Below the pieces are notes generated by a model. That model did no database searches. It worked only from the letters and a program-made list of their open reading frames with translations, and was not told the origin of the DNA. From NCBI GenBank assembly GCA_002189035.1, contig NEEC01000009.1, positions 2,294,001-2,358,000 of the forward strand: DNA of 64,000 nucleotides. The letters are read 5' to 3'. Shown in pieces: positions 54,949 through 64,000 of this stretch (position 1 is the first letter of the stretch; the number at the start of each line of letters is the position of its first letter). This stretch comes from Utricularia gibba. Taxonomy: Eukaryota; Plantae; Magnoliophyta. Made by a program: the position numbers and the translations under genes.

Positions 54949-55933
54949 TTTGAATACCAGAACCCTTCATCACAAAAAAAAAAAGCAATGAAAAAGAGAT
55001 TGAAGACACCACTGACGGTTAAGTACATTAACAACAACAGCAGCAGCAGCAGCATTGGACGACCGCAAACCCAAAAAAGAAAGAAAAAAGCTAAATCACA
55101 GGAACTACCAAAGACAGGTGCAGCAGTTGACAACAGGAATGCAGGAGCAAGCCAAAGCAGAACAGAAAAATATACCCGCAATCTGTTGGGATGGAGTTGT
55201 GGTTAAATAGCTATCACCAGCAGTCATTCAAGATACTAAGAAGAATGTTCTTTAATCTTAATTGTCCCTTATCCGTACATAATTTGTTTCATTATTCACA
55301 TCTAATAGTTCAATTCGAGGTCGAAATTCAGTTGAACCCGTCACAGGTATGCTTGATCTTAACATTCATGGAAACAAACATCAAGAACATCCCTGAAGAA
55401 GGCTCACCGCGTGCCCCAAATTTAATCAACCCCACACCTTTAAGATCTTCTCTTAACACTTCAATTTCAAGAAATGTAAAATAAATTAACACTCAGCAGT
55501 AATACTCCTATTCGACCTTTTGATTCATCATTGCAGTGAAAAAAAATAAAAAAAACGACTCTTGCTCTGGGTAATTTTATGTACTTTTCAGAAACGATAA
55601 TTAACTAGGGAAGATCCTACACTCAATTATACTTCCCATCACGTGTTACATGTTAGCAAAACACAATCCAGAACCACATAGGAGAACCAGGAACTATAGT
55701 CTCATATCATGCACGGTTGAAACAGCAAATGGCATACCTGGATCCAAAATTGAAAAATCAGAAATTGTGCGGAACTTCCGATCCACCAACTAATCGATAA
55801 GCTAAATTCTTGGGCGAAATCGAGGAGGCATTTCCGTGCAGAGATAGAGTTGAAAAACCACGAGCGAAAGGGTTTCCAGTTTGAATTGGGGAAAAAACTG
55901 TAGAAGGTTACCCGCCGGGCATCGAAGCACAAA

Positions 55934-56072
55934 GGCCCAAAGTGGCCCAGCGGGCTAAAAAATTTAAATAGGCATTGTGCTGAGGCGGACTTAATTACTG
56001 GGCCCCAAGCGGATACGGGCCATATATAAACGGGCTTCATTTTGGCTACTTGAGCCTATGATTTTTGGCCCA
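55934..56072. promoter_or_regulatory. Site II (GGCCCA/TGGGCY) cluster in the MED4 / DUF1644 divergent promoter
   Basis: GGCCCA at 55934, 55944 and 56067; TGGGCC at 55999; TATATAAA near 56023-56030. Confidence 0.55.
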
Positions 56073-57146
56073 CCGAAGGCTACATTTCGCTTGTCGTTTC
56101 TGAAAGTAGGAAAGATAAATAAGAACACATCAACTTGTCACGCAACTTTTCCTCCATTTTAAATTAAACGTGGGGGAATAATACGGAAATCCATCTTGCG
56201 CTAGATGTTTCTACCCAGTTTCGGCGGAAGATTCCTCATCAACCTTGACTTATCGGACAGCCGGATCGGCGGGAGAATTTTGAACGATTTCTGATTTCTC
56301 AAAAGTGTGAATTTGCGCCTTAAATTTTTTTTTTCATATGTTTATGTTGAATTGGTGTGAAATAACTTATCTCTGTTTTCCTGAATTTGGTTCATGAGTT
56401 TCTGGTTTTCTAGGGATTATGTTGCTGCCCTAATTTGGTGTGCTGGTTGTTATTACCCTAAAATATGAGGAAAAGAGTGCATGATAGGGTTTTTGAAAAA
56501 TTCTGGATCTTGATTCCCGGGTATTGAAAGAAAAAATATGTTTGAAATATCGATCTTTAAGATGGTTTTTTCTTTTAAATTATCCTCTTATGGTAGAATT
56601 TTACTGGGGAAATGTTTTAGTGATGCACCTCATTTATCTGGGATCCTATTTTCTTGAGTTTAGTTGTCCTTTGTATGAATTCTTTTATGTTACTTGAAGA
56701 ATTTTGGAATGCGTTTTTTATGCATGGTTTGCACAGTTTGTAAATGTAACTGGATTCTGCATCATGTTATAGCTGAATCAAGAAAATTAAAAGATTTCAA
56801 ATCCGTTGTCATAGAGCCCCGAAAAGGTTACCAGAAGGACATCGAACGATTGCCTTGCCTTATTCCGGTATGTAACTCTGCAGATGGTGTGTTCACCCTC
56901 CAGAGATGCTACTTCATAAAATTAAGAAATCTGATCGTGTTTTTATAGTTATGGTATGAATTTGTTTTTGCAGCTTGGTCTGTACCCCGTTTTGATCGTT
57001 TATCATATTCATGCTTCAAGTCAAATTTGCGTTTTAGCTCTCAATTTTGGACATATATATCTACCTTGGTTTCTAGCCTTGTTTTCGATTGAAAAATGTG
57101 GTCCTAATCTGTTGGTTATTAGCAACTTCTATCGCAGTGCAAGTAG

Positions 57147-58223
57147 ATGGCTAGTAGAAAAAGAAGCTTATCAAATGATGCAGATATGCCTGCTCTACAG
57201 AAAGAGTGGGATGAAGCTTTGTGCCCGATATGCATGGACCACCCTCACAATGCTGTTCTCATCATTTGCAGCTCTCATGGAAAGGGTTGTCGGTCGTTCA
57301 TTTGTGATACAAGCTACAGGCACTCAAATTGTTTGGACCGGTTTAAGAAACTGAAACAAGAAACTATAGAGGCCTTTTCTGCGACAAGTTCTACGCCAGG
57401 AAATGATCATGATCCTGCTGACTCCTCGAGTAGGAATTTGGAATTCGGGGGAAGAGCAGGAACGTTGTTGGTAGGAGCCAATTCAGGGCACCAAGATGTA
57501 GAGGAGCCAATCAAACATGTGGCCTCCTTGAAATGTCCACTATGCCGTGGAGAAGTACTGGGCTGGAAAGTTGTGGAAGATGCGAGAAAGTACCTCAACC
57601 TCAAGTCTCGTAGCTGCTCCCATGAATCCTGTTCGTTTACTGGGAATTATGATGAGTTGCGCAGGCATGCTCGAAGAGATCACCCTACAGTACGCCCAGC
57701 TGATGTGGATCCATCCAGACAGAGAGAGTGGCATCGCCTGGAGGACCAGAGGGAGCTGAACGACATTGTTAGTGCCATTCGATCAGCGATGCCCGGTGCC
57801 ATTTTGGTTGGTGACTATGCTGTTGAAAGTGGGGATAGACTGTTGGGTGAAAGGCTTAGAAATGGCAGCGGTGCTGACCGTGGCAGATTGTTGAGCACCC
57901 TTTTCTTGTTCCAGATGATCAGTTCCTTGGATGATGGAGCCCCCCGACGGAGGAGTGGGAGGTCCAGAAGGGCGTTAGGGCGTCGCAGCAACTCGATTCC
58001 GTCGTCCTCACGGCGCACCCGTCGGTATCTCTGGGGTGAGAATCTGTTGGGACTCGAAGCTGAGGTGATCGAAGAGGAGGACGACGACGACGACGAAGAA
58101 GAAGAGGAAGAAGATGGGGATGACGAGCAGGATCTCAATGTACCCAGCGACCTCGGTTATCACCGGAGGAGACGAGCAAGGCTTTCCCGCCACCATCCTC
58201 AATCGGATGAAGATCGTGGCTGA
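57147..58223 (+). CDS. DUF1644 zinc-finger-like protein, intronless CDS
   Basis: EWDEALCPICMDHPHNAVLIICSSHGKGCRSFICDTSYRHSNCLDRF, LKCPLCRGEV, RSCSHESCSFTGNYDELRRHAR..HP..RP..VDP, YLWGENLLG; acidic tail. Confidence 0.93.
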   Translation: MASRKRSLSNDADMPALQKEWDEALCPICMDHPHNAVLIICSSHGKGCRSFICDTSYRHSNCLDRFKKLKQETIEAFSATSSTPGNDHDPADSSSRNLEFGGRAGTLLVGANSGHQDVEEPIKHVASLKCPLCRGEVLGWKVVEDARKYLNLKSRSCSHESCSFTGNYDELRRHARRDHPTVRPADVDPSRQREWHRLEDQRELNDIVSAIRSAMPGAILVGDYAVESGDRLLGERLRNGSGADRGRLLSTLFLFQMISSLDDGAPRRRSGRSRRALGRRSNSIPSSSRRTRRYLWGENLLGLEAEVIEEEDDDDDEEEEEEDGDDEQDLNVPSDLGYHRRRRARLSRHHPQSDEDRG

Positions 58224-58963
58224 GCACCGATCAGCCGCCTCCGTCGCATGCAACGGCGTTGACTGGTAGTCATGTTGGGCCACGCCGGCTGAAGAACCAA
58301 CGAAAGCCGCCGCCTTGAAGACTGAATTTGATGTGGGGTTGACGGAATGACTGATTGGCGGTGGCGGGGGCGTAACTCACTTGCATGCTTGCTTTGTATC
58401 GTCTTCTTGTTGATGGATTGGATGCACCGGCACTTCCATGGCTTCCTTCTCTGTGGCCTGGCTGGGTTCCCGGCAGGAATAAAATATTTAAAACATTTAA
58501 TTTTATTATGGGGTATTATTTGGGCTCATCTTCATGGCCCCATTTCACAAGTCCATTGGACCGAAAACCGTGTAGTGTAGCCCATTAATTTACTACAAAT
58601 TCACCCCCATCATTTTCAAGTATTTGTATTTTCAATCCAATTTTATAAACGACAATTATTTCACATATTTTAAAACTATAAATTCAATTTCATTCAAATC
58701 TATAATTCATTCAGAGAAATAGATTTCATTTTTATTTAAATAATCTTTTCGCGGGTTAAAATGGTCTTTTCGCCCGGGGAGGGGGGGGGGGGGGGCCGAG
58801 GCCGACAAATCAAATCCTGGAGAGGGAAAAGAGATCCCTTCCAGGGTTCTGCACACGACACAAGTAAAAAAAAAAAAGGGAATCCCAAACTCCAACACAC
58901 TGTCTATTTCACTCATCCACTCCGCCTCGGATTCCCTTTTTTCTTCCTCTCGCAGCAGAACAA

Positions 58964-59916
58964 ATGGGGAAATACACCAAGAAGAAGGCGAGGATCGACA
59001 CGGCCGTCGCTTCCGCAACCGTGTCCGATGCCGGCGCCGACTTCCTTGAACTCCGTTCACGCCGCCTTCACAAAACTACGTGCCAACCCAACTCGCGCCG
59101 AAGGACTCGCTCTCCATGCGCCGCCGCACTGGAGATGAGCCGCCTCCTATCCAGTGGCTCGGGAAAAGATTCGGGAAGGTCCGAGGTTTCCTTTTTTACT
59201 TTTCACCGAGCTCGTGTTTTCTTGTGATGATGGGATTGACTCGTCGGGCCTCCTGTTTGCCTTCCCTGTTTCTCTTGGCGACAAGTTCGCAGATCCGGGT
59301 CCTTTCACCTTGCACGTATCCGTGCTTCTTTTGGGTTGAGGTTCATCCTTCATTTCCCATTCACCTTTTTTATTCCATTTCGATCAGAAGCGGGTACGTT
59401 CCCTACAGTAGATGAATCCCAACACCGCGTCGGGACTGGGAAGTTCTTGAATTCAGCTATAGTGTTGTGGACCTCCCTGCTCCCGAGTCAACATTAATTA
59501 ATAGCTATTTCATAGCCTTTGTGAGGTGGGTCACCCCACAAACTAGAATGCGGTTTCAGTTCAATTACCTGGATTTTATGTGCAGGAAGAGGAGCACAAG
59601 AGTGGCCAGACCTTGCACTTCAAGCTCAAGTTCAATCAAGAATCATATCATCTCAACTTCTCCTGCTAGGGATGTAACAGTGCCTCCTCATGTTGAAGCT
59701 GAAGTGGAAGAGTTCTTAACCCATGCTGAGGAGTCACTGCAACGCCATTACTTAGACAAGTAACATGATTTCGAAAGACTTGTCTATATAATGCATTGCT
59801 GCACCACCCCACTTGGTCTACTCACGTGTATGTTATAATGCAGATACAATTTCGATTTCATGAATGGGGTACCTATGCCGAGTGGACGGTATGAATGGAT
59901 AGAAATGAGGCCTTGA
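58964..59916 (+). CDS. KRP: Kip-related CDK inhibitor (ICK/KRP), 3 exons
   Basis: MGKYTKKKAR, FLELRSRRL, exon 1 ending at 59178 (phase 2), EVEEFLTHAEE..K|YNFDFMNGVPMPSGRYEW. Confidence 0.9.
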
Positions 59917-61216
59917 GGGGCTTGTTTTCCAGCAATGACTGTACAGAAGCGGAGGTGGAAGTAGAGATGCACTTTTCAAGCCATCATCAGCAGAAGAAAA
60001 TGTGACCCTGCAGAGAAAAAAAATGTACGATTAATAAACATTCCAATGTTAGTAAATTTAACAGTCAGCTGAAGTTGAATGAATACCCTTTTTTGTGTGT
60101 TGCTTCTTCTGAATTCCCGTAAGAGCTATACTTGAATATCAACAAAGAATGGATAATCCAGATGGAATTTTCAACTTGTTTTTTCGCGATGTGTTCATAA
60201 AGTATCCCACTGTATAATTTCAGGTTCTGACTCGTGTCAGAACAAGGCTCAGCCTCAGGATAGACTGAGGACTCCCGAATGAATACCTTTCACTTCATTT
60301 TTGTAACTAGTGAGAATGATAAACATGTGAAGTCTGTAATGAAAACAGAAGGAGCTAAAGACATGTACAACATGCTAGTGGTCCACAGTCCACAGTATTC
60401 ATGGCACATAGATAAGACTAGAAATCATGTTCAACATTTACGATTGCTTTTGAGTGAAGAACACAAGTACTAGATTCTACTACCATTTTCAAACAATCCC
60501 TTTTGCTGATTGAAAGATTTGACTGCCAATTACAAAAAACATTGCAAGTCGGAAAATTTGTAGGGTAGATAATCTTTTACCTTCCACCAAAGATTCTCCT
60601 CATAATATTATCTGCTTCGGTTTTGACTGAGCATGGTTTTGACTTCATCTTCTGCAGTCAAGCACATCCTTGGTTTGACACCTCCGACCAGTCAAAAGCC
60701 ATCGCAGTCATATTCGTGATCAAACTGCAACATCTTTTTCAGGCGTAATATTAAGTCAGCCGATGTTGTTGATTCGATGCAAGTGTCCACCAATGGAAAA
60801 GAAGACAAACTGGAAGTCCATGACTGCAGAAGACTCTAATAGATCAGTCAAAACCAAAAACTGAATTTGCAAGTTCAATGTTTCAACAAGAAACCGCCCA
60901 CCCTAACAGCCAACCAACGTCAATAGAAACCTGCCATTTGAAGCCTGCGGGGATTGAAAAATAGTGGCCTCCTGAAGCAAGGAAAATTCCAAAGAACATG
61001 ACATACTACGCTATTGTTGGAAAATTACATTCCATTTTGTAGCGAGAGCTGCTATTTCACAGCTGCATCTCATCAGAGCTCTGCTATGAAAAATATACAC
61101 TCCATTTAAGAAATTGAGGGAAGGCAATGGCATAACTCTGCCCCAGAATTTCAGTAGGGATTCATTTCAAGTGAAAGCATGGAGTAGAAAAAACAAAATG
61201 GCATAACTCTTCAAAT

Positions 61217-62084
61217 CTAAGATGAACTTTTTTGTTCATCTCCCACCGAAATATCAGGCTGCCCAGAAGTCCTAAAATTTGTTTCAAACATTTCAACTTC
61301 CAATCCGCTAACATTAGAAGCACCATCATCGTTCCCACTTCTGATGTCCTTGAGTTTGGCAAGTTGAACAGCACGGAGTTCGCATCTGTAGAATGCCATG
61401 ACAAAGATATGAATGCAGTCAACTACCTCACAAAGAAACTGAAATGCTACACTATCTTCATCTCATGCTTTTAATCCTTTCACTAAAACAGAAATAGCAT
61501 GATTAGAGCTGCACTCACTCAGCGACATAACTCCTGACAAGGGAGAAATATATCCTCCAGAATCGCCCTTCCTTTAAGTAGCGAGGGCACAATCGAAATC
61601 GAAGTTCTACGAGTCCCTAAAGGAGAAATAAGCATGTCCTAAGTTCAATGGGCAAGCCCCCAACAGAGAGATCAATAATCTACCTTCACTTTGGAAAGCA
61701 CGAGCTTAGCATGCATCTCTTGCCATTCCGAAAGATCAGCCCGTACATATCCCTGACTCCCACCATCGCAAATGCTTTCTTCTTCATCTGAATAACCGCA
61801 AAATACGCAACCAATACAACAAGTCTTCGGTAAACACAATGTAACTGAGATTAATCACCTGGGATAGAGAAGTTCCTGAATGTGTCGATTGAAAAGGAGT
61901 TAACGAATTCAAGTAGACGGTCCGTAATTCCGTAGAGCTTTTCCTCTTCATCGTCCAGTTTGATATCAGATTTCGTACTAGTAGAAGCAGCGGAGGGAGC
62001 GGAGACCACGCTAGCCGCCGACGGCAAAGTTGCCCTTCTCAATTTGGAAAGACCTCGCCGGACAAAGGAATAAGCCGCATCCAT
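61217..62084 (-). CDS. BSD-domain protein, 4 exons
   Basis: EEKLYGITDRLLEFVNSFSIDTFRNF, DLSEWQEMHAKLVLSKVK|GLVELRFRLCPRYLKEGRFWRIYFSLV, CELRAVQLAKL, LEVEM. Confidence 0.88.
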
Positions 62085-63625
62085 ATACCCTGCAGCCCCC
62101 CGCGACCTCTCCGGTTTGCCGCCTGCACTTCATTTCACATACTTCTTGGGCCCGTTTTATGGCTGCTGCGGTGTTATCTTTGGGCCCGTCGCTATGTCCA
62201 ACTGAGAAAGAGAATTGAACAGTTGACAGTTGACAATTGACAGACTCAACGATGGTCCAGTCCAGTCCAGGTTTAGGTTGCCCCAGCTACGGCTAGGGTC
62301 CTCAGCCCGGCCGGAAAACAAGCCCCGCAATTGATGACACCAGCAACCTTCCCTCCCCTTTCATCGCCTCTGAATCACTTTTCTAGTCGCATGTCTAGAG
62401 TGGGAATCATCACAAGGTTGCTGGTCCATTGTTTAGAGCGGTCTGAAATCTGATGCAGCAGGCACCAGAAGGGAAGTGAAAACAAAAGGAGGGGACATGC
62501 TTCGTAGCTTTTTGCATCGGGGGAGCACTGAATCAATGGCACACGATCTGCCCAGTTGCAGAAAACCAACACATGTGCAATAAGTGGAGTCTGATGTTTA
62601 AGAAAGTATCATGACAACGCATAGATTCTCATGCGCCTCCCAAGTTTGTTTCTTTGAACATTAATTTCTTCTGCCTGCCCCCTATAGACCGTACACCATG
62701 TCTATACCCTACAAGGATCTGTTGAACAAAATCCCATTGAATTCGTAGCTCTACATGCAAATCTAGGAGAGTCTGTTTGCAACAATGAACTGTTGCCCAC
62801 GGAGGGCTTCTTTTAAAAGTCGAGAACTGTTATGTAATGAGTTGCAGGTTGATGGTTTATGTGCAGATTGCTTTTTGGAATATGGGTCCCCGCACCTAGA
62901 GAGACACTCCTTCACTGCTTTTTTTCTGTACAAGACAAAGGGGAACAAGCAAACTCACCTAGAGACAGGGAAATGTGTTCATGTCATGTGAATATATCAA
63001 TTCATATGCCCTTTGACCAATATCACATCAATCACAGGGATGGAATGGATGCTCTTCAGTGTGTCATTGTAAACATGAAACCAGCCAACAACTCTGGGTT
63101 GATGTGAAGTTTCACATCATTGATGGCTCATGGGATTTCAAATGTTTCTCTTCAGTCTCTAGTTTACTCACAGATAAGATGGAATGGATTAGAAAGCAAG
63201 CATTAAGGAATAGGTTGTTCCCAAAGAGTCATGTGAACACTCTTTAAAAAAGGAGATTCCAAGTAGATATGTGCTGAGTTGTGGATGGAAAGGGGATGGG
63301 GCTGGACTCCAACCCCATCTGTTCAACTCCCCTTGCAATGAGTACTCTTTCCCTTTCTGTGACAAACTTTGCAGGGAATTCTTGTTTGAGGTTTTGTCCC
63401 TTTTGTTCCTGCCATTTGCCATACCTGTTGAACCATTGTGCTTCTTCAATTATTACACATCTTTGGTATATCTCTTCTTCCAAAGAGAGTACAGTGTTTT
63501 ATGCATCGCTGCTCATTATTTATTGCTGCCCACGGGGTCAAAGTAGCAGTGGCCAGAAGTGCTTCCAAAGTCTCCATAAGCCACTACACGTCTTCTTCTT
63601 CCTCCAAATCTTTCAATTTTCAATC

Positions 63626-64000
63626 ATGGCTTCTTCAAAAAGGCACTGGCCAAGCATGTTCAAGTCTAAACCTCATGCACAATGGAGCCATGAAATCAAC
63701 AATTCCAGTAACTGCCATGGAGCTCAATGTTCACCAGGTATGCATGTATGGTTCAAAAATTCTGTGTTTTGTAGTTGTTGATGTATTCTGATGATGGAAT
63801 GATTTGAACAGAGAGAACTCCGGAGCCAAAACCCAGATGGAATCCGAAACCGGAACAAGTTCGAATTTTGGAAGGCATTTTCAACTCAGGAACTGTGAAT
63901 CCAACGAGGGATGAGATTAGAAAAATCAGGATTCAGTTGCAGGAATATGGACAAGTTGGGGATGCCAATGTTTTCTACTGGTTTCAGAACCGCAAATCCA
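63626..64000 (+). CDS. WOX9: WUSCHEL-related homeobox WOX8/9 (STIMPY-like), truncated by the window end
   Basis: [17 protein letters not shown]..|[48 protein letters not shown]; intron 63738-63811. Confidence 0.95.

Noticed and set aside
59179-59586. Missing middle exon or microexon in KRP
   Set aside because: The donor at 59179 (GGA AG|GT) is phase-compatible with the next exon, so no extra exon is needed.

Overview
Gene-dense, short-intron eudicot nuclear DNA: about 22 protein-coding genes plus one tRNA-Pro(AGG) in 64 kb, and no recognisable intact transposon. The compactness would fit a miniaturised genome such as Lentibulariaceae, but that is inference only. In order: uncharacterised membrane protein, adenosine kinase, tRNA-Pro, SYP71, an 80-aa secreted Pro/Trp-rich peptide, exostosin GT47, NF-YB, TBC Rab-GAP, TRM/DUF3741-DUF4378, two small unassigned ORFs, CHX20, a SEC22 fragment, Dof, WD40, SMR, casein kinase I, RPL14, NTF2-RRM (G3BP-like), CLASP, MED4, DUF1644, KRP, BSD and the 5' part of WOX9. 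The most striking observation is a 59-nt intron splitting the Dof domain at RR|YW. It is bounded by an exact 8-bp direct repeat (AGGTATTG) that supplies both splice sites, the expected signature of a recent de novo intron gain. Other notable points: a tRNA inside the ADK/SYP71 divergent promoter, a 6-nt NF-YB microexon, a truncated SEC22 that could splice in frame into Dof, and three single-base deletions in G/C runs that frameshift otherwise intact genes (probably assembly errors). Gene spans are ATG-to-stop including introns, derived by hand; product names come from remembered family motifs, not database searches.
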